From the IMG/VR virus record IMGVR_UViG_3300045988_147522: a stretch of 64,000 bases of DNA; one strand, given 5' to 3'. Positions 26,763 through 34,930 of the stretch are shown here, piece by piece. Positions within the stretch are counted from its first letter, which is position 1. Each line of letters opens with the position of its first letter. The stretch comes from a virus. The position numbers and the translations under genes are program-made. Below the pieces are notes generated by a model, which ran no database searches, was not told where the DNA came from, and was given only the letters and a program-made list of their open reading frames with translations.

Positions 26763-29384
26763 TTATACTTTAGCAGTCGGAACATACACCAAGCGGCCGC
26801 CGACAACCCGACTACGGTAGCCAACACCGTCAATACCGCGCCAATTGAAACCGCCCGCCTGACTGGAAGTGTTGAAACAACCACCAAAACGGGTAATACG
26901 ATAACCGTTCAAATTTGATTCGGCATAGAAGTAATCGCCAACAGGAAGTGCGTTTGTTCCGCCGATTTCTGACGGCATCAGCAACCAATCATAATTCTCA
27001 CCGCCATAACCCATTGCGTTAATAAAACCACTTGCATTTGCAAGAGTGAATCCAACAGGCTCATAGTTATCAGAATGCTTTGATTCATTGAATGCGAAGT
27101 TGTTCGCAACATAGGGTTGACCACCGCACATAGAACCGTCACCCCAAATGTTGATTCCCTGAATATGTTTCCATAGGTTACCCCAAGGATTTTCGACGCC
27201 ACGATAGGAAACGGAAACTTTTCCGCTTTTTGTATAAGCTGTTTGAGTTCCTCCAATTTCATTTGTGGTTTTGGTTGCCTGACCTGTGCCATTACCAAGG
27301 TCAGCGGTTGAGCCTGTCAGACTGGAACAGTTGTATGCTGAATTATCTGCGATGCTGACAACACCCTGTCCGACGCCCGTTTGTGAGTTCATCATACCAA
27401 ACTCAATCATCATAAGAAGTTGGTTTGCAGAAGTAGCATGGATGGTTTCAAGATGCCAACCCGGTCCTCTGTTCTGTGCCATTGTTTCAAGGTTTGTCTT
27501 CGTTCCAATCCCTTTTCTCAAACCGCTGATAGGTTTCTTTCCGGCGACTGAACAGAGTAAGTCGCCGTCCTCATAAGTGATAGATTCGTCAACGTTATCA
27601 TTCACATAGGCTTTTGCGGAAACATCGTACATGCTTCCCTCATCAGCTGAATACAGGATGTAGTCAATCTCGTTACCGTTTTCGTCATAGAATGCTGGAT
27701 GCAGTTTGAACCCTGTTTTTGGCTTTGAGCTTACATAATAGTTCGCCTTCCGTAGATGATAGCCGATTCCTGAATTGGTGTTTTTTTCCAACTTTAGCGG
27801 AACAACTTTATAATAAAATGCTGACTGATACACCATTACCTGACCGTTTGAGCCGTCCTCCGTATAGCCTTCATCGCCGTAGTATGCCGTGATTGTTCCG
27901 TCATCAGAAACATTACATCTTCTTCTGCCGCCGTACATTGTAAATTTATTAAAGTCTGAACCTTGCGACAGTCCGACTGCACCTGCAAGTCTGGTAAATG
28001 TCTTATTTTCAAAATCAACGCAAAGTCCTACTATGTCATCATCTGTATAGCCGATGTATGCCTTAATGTCCTCAACCTCGTTCGATAAGTCAGCTCCGTC
28101 TTTTCCGTCATCTCCGACAACCTTTCCGAGATTTGCAGATGTACCGTCTGAATAGGTAAGTATCAGTTCGCCCGAAATATTAATCTCAGCATTAGTTATA
28201 CCAATACCGTCCTTACCGTTTGTGCCGTCAATGCCATTTATTCCGTTAGTGCCGTCTTTACCGTCTGCACCTACTACAACACCCAGATTATCAACAGTAT
28301 TGTTGGAGTAAGTTATGAGAAGCTCACCGTTTTTGTTAATTTTAGAGCTTGCTATTCCAATTCCGTCTGTACCATTTTGACCTTTTTCACCCTGTTCGCC
28401 TTTAAGAAATTTTAACCAATCTTCTTCAGTACCGATAAAACCACCATTTTTTGCGATTTCATAAGCTGATAAACCATTTTGTCCATTTGTACCGTTAAGA
28501 CCGTCTTTACCTACGATTTTGCCAAGATTTGTTGAATCTCCATTCGAGTATGTAATCACAAGCTCTCCACTTGTATTAACTTCGGATTTGGCAACACCTA
28601 CACCATCGTTTCCGTTCATGCCGTTTGTACCTTGTGACGGTTTATTTGTATCTATTTCGCCAATGAACCAATTGCCGTTATCACCAATATGCGGAGTAAT
28701 TCCGTCAGCACCCGAAACGCCATCTTGTCCTTTTAGTTCACCATTGTTGAATTTCTGCTGAAAAGTTTCGCCATCTGCAAACGGAATATCATCGGCAGTG
28801 TAGGTTTGCTTGATGTTCAAATCTTCAAGCGACTTATCTCCGTTAAGTTCAACACCATTGATAGAAGGTCTGTTGTTCAAATGCGCATAATCACCATCAA
28901 ACTCTTTAAGTGTTCGCCAAATAGTGTTACCGTCACTGTCTATAGACAATACCTGTCCGACAACACCGTCTGTAGTCGGTTTAGAGACAAAGTTTTCTAA
29001 AACATTAAAATCATCAGTGCTTTCAACCTTTGTGTCATCTGGCGCAAAAGAAACCTTAAAATTAACACCTGAAAATCTTACATTGCCTTCAGGAAACTGT
29101 AATTCTACAATACCTTTTAATACACCTTCAGCCGTTGTCATCTGTAAATACAAAGGTAAATAAATCAAACCTTTATCTTTATCTACTCTGCACTCAACAC
29201 CTACCTTGTGTTCGTCTGGCTTTAATCCATAATAGGCGGCAAGCGTACATTCTGAAAGGTTGATATCAGCACCATGATTTTTAATCTCAATTTCAAACTC
29301 AGTCACACCGTGCTCTCTTTGTGTGATTGGTTCAAGAACCTTGTTAATATAAGCACAGTCAATGCTTAAATGTCTAATAATCAT
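26763..29384 (-). CDS. tail fibre / receptor-binding protein with collagen-like repeats and lectin-like C-terminus
   Basis: BppU-like N-terminus, G-x-x triplet runs, three ~45-aa repeats, and a C-terminal GG.FN.S..AG.FN...G.RL pattern. Confidence 0.75.
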   Translation of the reverse strand: MIIRHLSIDCAYINKVLEPITQREHGVTEFEIEIKNHGADINLSECTLAAYYGLKPDEHKVGVECRVDKDKGLIYLPLYLQMTTAEGVLKGIVELQFPEGNVRFSGVNFKVSFAPDDTKVESTDDFNVLENFVSKPTTDGVVGQVLSIDSDGNTIWRTLKEFDGDYAHLNNRPSINGVELNGDKSLEDLNIKQTYTADDIPFADGETFQQKFNNGELKGQDGVSGADGITPHIGDNGNWFIGEIDTNKPSQGTNGMNGNDGVGVAKSEVNTSGELVITYSNGDSTNLGKIVGKDGLNGTNGQNGLSAYEIAKNGGFIGTEEDWLKFLKGEQGEKGQNGTDGIGIASSKINKNGELLITYSNNTVDNLGVVVGADGKDGTNGINGIDGTNGKDGIGITNAEINISGELILTYSDGTSANLGKVVGDDGKDGADLSNEVEDIKAYIGYTDDDIVGLCVDFENKTFTRLAGAVGLSQGSDFNKFTMYGGRRRCNVSDDGTITAYYGDEGYTEDGSNGQVMVYQSAFYYKVVPLKLEKNTNSGIGYHLRKANYYVSSKPKTGFKLHPAFYDENGNEIDYILYSADEGSMYDVSAKAYVNDNVDESITYEDGDLLCSVAGKKPISGLRKGIGTKTNLETMAQNRGPGWHLETIHATSANQLLMMIEFGMMNSQTGVGQGVVSIADNSAYNCSSLTGSTADLGNGTGQATKTTNEIGGTQTAYTKSGKVSVSYRGVENPWGNLWKHIQGINIWGDGSMCGGQPYVANNFAFNESKHSDNYEPVGFTLANASGFINAMGYGGENYDWLLMPSEIGGTNALPVGDYFYAESNLNGYRITRFGGCFNTSSQAGGFNWRGIDGVGYRSRVVGGRLVYVPTAKV
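28092..28733 (-). repeat. collagen-like G-X-Y runs with three tandem ~45-aa repeat units inside the fibre gene
   Basis: GVGVAKSEVNTSGELVITYSNGDSTNLGKIVGKDG / GIGIASSKINKNGELLITYSNNTVDNLGVVVGADG / GIGITNAEINISGELILTYSDGTSANLGKVVGDDG. Confidence 0.8.
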
Positions 29385-29398
29385 ATAATCACCACCTA

Positions 29399-31981
29399 TT
29401 ATTCTGTAAAATTAAATGTTGTGTTTTTAACACTTGTTTGTGAAATCGTATTGAAACAATCAATAAATCTCTTCTTAAGAGGCTTAGCAGAATAGTTTGT
29501 ATTAAATATCAAACTGAAATCTGATACATCATCATAATTTATAGGAATTGAAAGCAAAATAGGATACTGCCAATCACCGTCTTTTACTTCAAGAGATACT
29601 GCTGTACCAAGTGTTAAATCTGCAATGTTATCCTTCATTTCAGGAATTGCCAATATATTCGCTGACTCAATCTCAAATTCATAACACTGCTTGCTGAGAT
29701 AATTGTCGTGGTCAGATTTAGCTTGAACCCTTACTTCTTGCAATGTTGTTATAATATCATTAGCGGAATAGGTATCACTAAATACAACATTGTCATTTGT
29801 CCAATCTCCTTCAGTAATGTAATTTTGGAGTTCCAAAATTTCAGCAGGGGAGAGGATTGTTGCAATACCGTCTTTGTTTGCCTGCAATGCCGTCTTGTAG
29901 TTTAGTGTAAACTTTTTAGCTACTGTTTGCATCTCGTTATAACATGTATTGTATTTGGCTACTGCGTTATCATAATCATTTTTTATATTCCAATATGTCT
30001 CTGCTGCCGAATACAATTTTGTATATAAAGATTTGGAGTAATAGCAATCGTAATTGATGTAATCATATGGTGGGTTTCTCATTCCACTCGGAATACGCAC
30101 ATAGTCATCCACAAGCACTTGATAAGCATAACGCAACTCTCCACTTGAAGAGTTAGGGAGCGGTTTGTCACTAAACCCATATTTGTCTATTAGATGTGTA
30201 TTAATTGTATCTGCGACTGTTAAGTATGTTGTTAAAGCTTTTGACACTTTAGAAGCTTGCTTTATTTTCTTTTGATTATACTCAATCAATAATGCCCCTT
30301 TATTAGCATATTTTACAGACTGTTTCTCAATGTTTGTTTGCCACACCGTAAGAGCTTCTTTTAAGGTTCTATTTTTAGTATCATCAGCCACATAGTCTAA
30401 TTGATTTTCAATATTACTAAAATTGTACAATATATTATTTCCTGTAGGGTTGATTAACCCTAATCCATATTGATCGTTAGATGTATGCACTCTTAATGCA
30501 CTAATACACCTATCATCAGTTGTGTGGATATTCGTATTTTTGATTGCATTTTGCCATGTTAATATCGCCTTAGAATGAGTGCCTAAATATTTTTTATCAG
30601 TATCATAATACCGTCGTTCTTCTGTCTCTATATTGCCATCTATTATATTAATTGTCATATTTTCTGAATCAAAAATGAAATAGCATTGATACGACGAAGC
30701 GATATCATTATTTAAAAAAGTATAGACATTTGCATTATCAACATCGTCAAGTGTTCTATATCTAACGCACACCGCTTGAGAAATGTATCCTATTTTCCAC
30801 TGTGGGAGATAATCAAGTATTTGATTCAACAATCCTCGGACAAACTTTTGTTTATGTCTTGTGTTGCCATAACAATCGTAATACCAATTATCACTGGTAA
30901 CAAGGTCGTTAATATGATCAGGTACAAATAGTGGTAATGTACTGTTCGATAGAGAAAACGCTCTTTTTGATAAAGTCATCTCATAAGACTGGGCTGTTAC
31001 TTTTAGCACAACATTACTTCCGTTATCATTTATTTCTTCCGTGTTAGTAATAACCCACCATACATTTCGTATGCCATAGTTTTTATTTTTATTTGTTTCA
31101 AAGTGTGTACACAATCTTTCTCTTGAAAAAATTTGCACCCAAGAGGCATTGGGAATATATGTACGATAAGTATTGTCGCTATATGTTGCTTGACTACATA
31201 CAAGACTTATTCGGATATACCCTTCGTCAATAGTATCAGTATTGTCTTCAATGTTACCATCGCTATCTCTTACTGTAAAATCTACATATCTTCGGAATGG
31301 TTTTTTTGATGTTTCATAATAATAATTATCATCAGATTTAAGCCAACTATCTGCGTTAGCTTCCTTATAGTAATGAATCTTGAATGAATATCGTAAAGTG
31401 TCACCATTAAAACATTTTGTCGAAATGACATCGCCTTTATGAACAGGTATAAAACTTTTACAGGCTAAATACTGGTAGGCATACCAATTTTGCTTGTACA
31501 AGTCTAAGCTTTCTGAATAATCTTTAAATACCCCATCATTAATAGTGCCGCCCCATACCCACTCGTAACCGTATGTAGTGCCAATATCAAAAAGCATAGT
31601 TTCGTTTTTAATACTAAAATTGCTAATTGCTGTATTAACATCAAACGATAACTCATAATCTTTTCGTGTGCCTCCGCCTTTTAAATTATACAGATAATCT
31701 GAATAATAACTTTCTCCTGTAAACTTAAAATATTCGGTTGAATCGTTGAGGTACAAAAGCATATCAGGCTTTAGATCATCATAATTAGGATTGTCCATCC
31801 AACTGTTAGTACGAGTGTCATAAACTTTTTTAGGCACTTCAAAACTCATTTCCGAAGCTGCTCCGAAATTATAATCAGCAGTCCAATTGTGTATATTCTT
31901 GACATAGCCAAGCGAGGTCTTTTTATTCTGTCTATACAACACCATGTCAGGAGTCTCTTGTGCGTAATTTCGTGTTTGCAT
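29399..31981 (-). CDS. tail-associated/baseplate protein (Tal-like)
   Basis: 860 aa, between the Dit-like gene and the fibres. Confidence 0.55.
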   Translation of the reverse strand: MQTRNYAQETPDMVLYRQNKKTSLGYVKNIHNWTADYNFGAASEMSFEVPKKVYDTRTNSWMDNPNYDDLKPDMLLYLNDSTEYFKFTGESYYSDYLYNLKGGGTRKDYELSFDVNTAISNFSIKNETMLFDIGTTYGYEWVWGGTINDGVFKDYSESLDLYKQNWYAYQYLACKSFIPVHKGDVISTKCFNGDTLRYSFKIHYYKEANADSWLKSDDNYYYETSKKPFRRYVDFTVRDSDGNIEDNTDTIDEGYIRISLVCSQATYSDNTYRTYIPNASWVQIFSRERLCTHFETNKNKNYGIRNVWWVITNTEEINDNGSNVVLKVTAQSYEMTLSKRAFSLSNSTLPLFVPDHINDLVTSDNWYYDCYGNTRHKQKFVRGLLNQILDYLPQWKIGYISQAVCVRYRTLDDVDNANVYTFLNNDIASSYQCYFIFDSENMTINIIDGNIETEERRYYDTDKKYLGTHSKAILTWQNAIKNTNIHTTDDRCISALRVHTSNDQYGLGLINPTGNNILYNFSNIENQLDYVADDTKNRTLKEALTVWQTNIEKQSVKYANKGALLIEYNQKKIKQASKVSKALTTYLTVADTINTHLIDKYGFSDKPLPNSSSGELRYAYQVLVDDYVRIPSGMRNPPYDYINYDCYYSKSLYTKLYSAAETYWNIKNDYDNAVAKYNTCYNEMQTVAKKFTLNYKTALQANKDGIATILSPAEILELQNYITEGDWTNDNVVFSDTYSANDIITTLQEVRVQAKSDHDNYLSKQCYEFEIESANILAIPEMKDNIADLTLGTAVSLEVKDGDWQYPILLSIPINYDDVSDFSLIFNTNYSAKPLKKRFIDCFNTISQTSVKNTTFNFTE

Positions 31982-32955
31982 TAAATACCACCCAACCTGT
32001 GTAATGTTGTGTACTTTAAAATTAAGCTTTTATCGGAGTCGAAAACCTCGTAAGCATAGTTATGTTTAGCGTCAATTCTATCTGCGGATTTAATGTATAG
32101 ATAAATTTGATTTCGACCATTGCCAAGCCAAAATAAAGATACATAATCGAGATTATCTCTAATAACTCCGTTGTATTTAATAAATGGAGGAGTGAGTGAA
32201 TGAAAAGTTTTTTCATTAGGTTCTTTCATTGTTACCATTCCATATTGAGTATCCAGTTCATATACGGCATCTTTGTCTGTATGATAATTCACACTCGCAT
32301 CAAAAACGAACATAGACTTATTAAGTTTATTTCCGACATACACTCTATAATTCGATAATGTGTAATCTATTTGATGTTCTGTCCAGTTGTGTCCGATCTT
32401 TAAATCAATAATAGGACAAATTTTGTTATTGATAGGTTGTCCTTCAATGTCAATTGTAGTTTCAAAAGACAGTGTTTGCCCTGTATTTGACGGTTTAGTT
32501 GCAACACCCTGAAACTCAACTTCATTGTCCTGATACCAAAATCCACTATCGTTTTGTACCTTGCAACGCAAACCTCTATAACCTCGTGCATCAGTAATAT
32601 CACTGTCAGGAATAAATAATGCGTTGAGGTAATAATCGGATGTTTCGTTTTGCAAATAAAGTCGTTTCCAACCGTCTTGTCCGAATAACCAATTTTTAAT
32701 TTCAATCATTATTTCGGCTGGAATATTATCTTCTGGGCTAATAATTTCAACCGAAAATTCAAGTGGATGTTCAGCATAATTAAGATTGTATAAAAGCTGT
32801 TGTGCATTATGGGGGAGAGCCACAGTAGTGGGTTCATATTCGCCTCCACTTGCAAACTCATTACTATCGTCACTTATGAAAGCTAAAATTAAATTATAAT
32901 CACCTGAGTATATATTATTATAAGTAAAATAACAATCTCTATACAACCAAAACAC
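31981..32955 (-). CDS. distal tail protein (Dit-like)
   Basis: 324 aa, sipho-tail-family-like N-terminus. The stop overlaps the Tal start. Confidence 0.55.
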   Translation of the reverse strand: MFWLYRDCYFTYNNIYSGDYNLILAFISDDSNEFASGGEYEPTTVALPHNAQQLLYNLNYAEHPLEFSVEIISPEDNIPAEIMIEIKNWLFGQDGWKRLYLQNETSDYYLNALFIPDSDITDARGYRGLRCKVQNDSGFWYQDNEVEFQGVATKPSNTGQTLSFETTIDIEGQPINNKICPIIDLKIGHNWTEHQIDYTLSNYRVYVGNKLNKSMFVFDASVNYHTDKDAVYELDTQYGMVTMKEPNEKTFHSLTPPFIKYNGVIRDNLDYVSLFWLGNGRNQIYLYIKSADRIDAKHNYAYEVFDSDKSLILKYTTLHRLGGI

Positions 32956-33045
32956 CTCCTTAATAAAAACATAGATAAATATATAATCTTACTTGTAAAA
33001 ATAAAAATATTATGGTAAAATAAAACAAAAAGGGAGTGAAGAATA

Positions 33046-33258
33046 ATGAATGCAAATAACACTAAAAACAATAGTGGAAAACTGATTGCCATTGGCATTA
33101 TAGTGTGCGTAATACTGTTACTTTCATTGATTGGCTCAAATTGTTCATCAACTTGTATTGAAGATGGATGTGACCAACCAAGAGCTCATAACAGTTATTG
33201 GTGTACTTATCATGAATCAATACATTATTTAGCTCACGAAATGGAACAATCTAAGTAA
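33046..33258 (+). CDS. small membrane-anchored Cys/His-rich protein (accessory island)
   Basis: TM helix LIAIGIIVCVILLLSLIG, then CIEDGCDQPRAHNSYWCTYH. Opposite strand to the late operon, with its own terminator. Confidence 0.5.
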   Translation: MNANNTKNNSGKLIAIGIIVCVILLLSLIGSNCSSTCIEDGCDQPRAHNSYWCTYHESIHYLAHEMEQSK

Positions 33259-33262
33259 CACA

Positions 33263-33297
33263 AAAGGCTGCCAAACGACAGCCTTTCTTTTAATTTT
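33263..33297 (+). terminator. intrinsic terminator
   Basis: AAAGGCTG-ccaaacga-CAGCCTTT followed by a T-run. Confidence 0.65.
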
Positions 33298-33301
33298 GTA
33301 A

Positions 33302-33333
33302 TAAAAAAAGAGAAGATGTTTTTCATCTTCTCT
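33302..33333 (-). terminator. intrinsic terminator of the 3-gene accessory cassette
   Basis: AGAGAAGATG-aaaaa-CATCTTCTCT followed by T7 on the minus strand. Confidence 0.65.
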
Positions 33334-33364
33334 TACAATATTTTACTATTTAGTTTTAAAATAA

Positions 33365-33940
33365 TTAATCTACTGGCGAGTCATATCGCTTGCACAACTT
33401 AGGGTAAACTTCCAACATAAATGTATTAAACAATTCAAATAGATGTTCTATTGGTTTATAATATTCATCAACCTTTTCTTTAATATCATTAAAACTTGAA
33501 TTTATACCCTTATTATTTCGTAATCCAGCCATAAGTGTAGGAAATGTTACTAACCATCTGCGATTATCTTCATACTCACGCCATACTGTAATGATTTGCT
33601 TATATGTAAATTGCTGTAAGTGCATACTTAAAGTACGCCTTATTACAATGCTAAAAAAATCCGCAGTGTCGTAATAGGCACGAAAAATATGCCCCAATGC
33701 TTTATCTAAATTATCTTCAATGTTTTTATCGGTACTATTTTTACCAGCAATACCGTCATAATAATCTTTATAAGCTCTCGTAATATGATCCAATGAATCT
33801 TTTTGCTCTTTAATAGGTTGAACAAATGTACATAACTCATTATCATACTCTTCAGACAATATACATAACTCTTTTTGCTTATTATATACATAATTATACT
33901 TTTCCCAAAAAGTATAAAATATATTTTGATAATCAGTCAT
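33365..33940 (-). CDS. 191-aa helical cytoplasmic protein (accessory cassette)
   Basis: Repeated H-I-x-R-A-Y-x-D-x motif (DHITRAYKDYYD, GHIFRAYYDTADF). No family assigned. Confidence 0.5.
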   Translation of the reverse strand: MTDYQNIFYTFWEKYNYVYNKQKELCILSEEYDNELCTFVQPIKEQKDSLDHITRAYKDYYDGIAGKNSTDKNIEDNLDKALGHIFRAYYDTADFFSIVIRRTLSMHLQQFTYKQIITVWREYEDNRRWLVTFPTLMAGLRNNKGINSSFNDIKEKVDEYYKPIEHLFELFNTFMLEVYPKLCKRYDSPVD

Positions 33941-33953
33941 AATCCACCCCTAC

Positions 33954-34214
33954 TTATGGAAACACAATTTCATCAGCTTCTGCTTTGACATTGTTTTCAT
34001 TTTTGATGTATCCCTGATTCATACGGACAGAACCACGAATTCTGTTATTGCATACATCTGTGTCTAGCTCATACTTGTATGATTTTTCTTGAGATGAATG
34101 TGTTTCATATTTGATTTGCTTTTGTTTTTTGATAGCAGATATTAACTGTCCTAACGAATGCAATACAGCTAAAAGTCCAACAATTCCAGATAAGATTAAA
34201 AAGAAATATTCCAT
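33954..34214 (-). CDS. 86-aa single-TM protein (accessory cassette)
   Basis: N-terminal TM helix FFLILSGIVGLLAVLHSL. Confidence 0.5.
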   Translation of the reverse strand: MEYFFLILSGIVGLLAVLHSLGQLISAIKKQKQIKYETHSSQEKSYKYELDTDVCNNRIRGSVRMNQGYIKNENNVKAEADEIVFP

Positions 34215-34230
34215 AATATGCCTCCGTGTA

Positions 34231-34692
34231 TTAATTGATAGTAGCTAGACTACAAAACTGTAACACACCTACGACTATCACACTTGCCAATGATATAATA
34301 TTTATCCACATAGCTATATTTTGATTAAAATAACGATACCATCCGTCGCTAAATACAGCCATAGTATATAATGCTAACAGGATGGTCATCATACCTAATA
34401 AATATATCCTTAAACCTTTACCACCTTTAGCTCCATCGACTAAAAGTATTTCTACTAGTAGCAATGTAGCAATGTTAAAAATAGAGAAAAATATATCTTT
34501 ATCTGAAAATATGGATACAAAACTAATTTCTTCTGCATGACCATGCAACACCAAATTCATTGTTTTAAATAGTATGGGAATAGAACTAACTAATATACCA
34601 ATAAACCAAATGGAAATATTTTTTTCAAAAGTTCTTAATTGTTTTCGTTTTATGTTGTTATTATGTATAGAAAATATTTCAATCCGTTCCAT
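34231..34692 (-). CDS. 153-aa polytopic membrane protein (about 4 TM, accessory cassette)
   Basis: Four hydrophobic segments. First gene after the cassette promoter. Confidence 0.5.
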   Translation of the reverse strand: MERIEIFSIHNNNIKRKQLRTFEKNISIWFIGILVSSIPILFKTMNLVLHGHAEEISFVSIFSDKDIFFSIFNIATLLLVEILLVDGAKGGKGLRIYLLGMMTILLALYTMAVFSDGWYRYFNQNIAMWINIISLASVIVVGVLQFCSLATIN

Positions 34693-34734
34693 ATCTTAGT
34701 ACCTGTGTCTATGTTTTTAAATGTAACTGTTAAT

Positions 34735-34763
34735 AGTCTATTGCAAAACCACACACTTGTCAA
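34735..34763 (-). promoter_or_regulatory. sigma-A-type promoter of the accessory cassette (TTGACA-17-TAGACT)
   Basis: Minus strand TTGACA (34763-34758), a 17-nt spacer and TAGACT (34740-34735). A 10-bp hairpin (34885-34922) lies just after the tape-measure stop. Confidence 0.5.
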
Positions 34764-34930
34764 GTGAAAATTAACTGTTTTGATAACAATTTTGTTAAAA
34801 CCTTGCTCAAATTACTATTTTGTAACTATATAGACAATAATGATAACAATACTGTGAACGAATATATAGATATATGACAATGTTGTCAAACCGAGGAGCT
34901 ACATATCGTTCTTCGGTTTGACAAAAACTA

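Noticed and set aside
26482-29384. An active diversity-generating retroelement targeting the fibre tip.
   Set aside because: No reverse transcriptase motif and no template repeat were seen in the window, and the ORFs downstream of the fibre are small non-RT proteins. Only the lectin-like tip is reported as a finding.
34885-34922. An intrinsic terminator right after the distal tape-measure stop.
   Set aside because: The 10-bp stem is real, but the T-run precedes the hairpin on the minus strand rather than following it, so it is not a canonical terminator in either direction. It is noted only as a hairpin.
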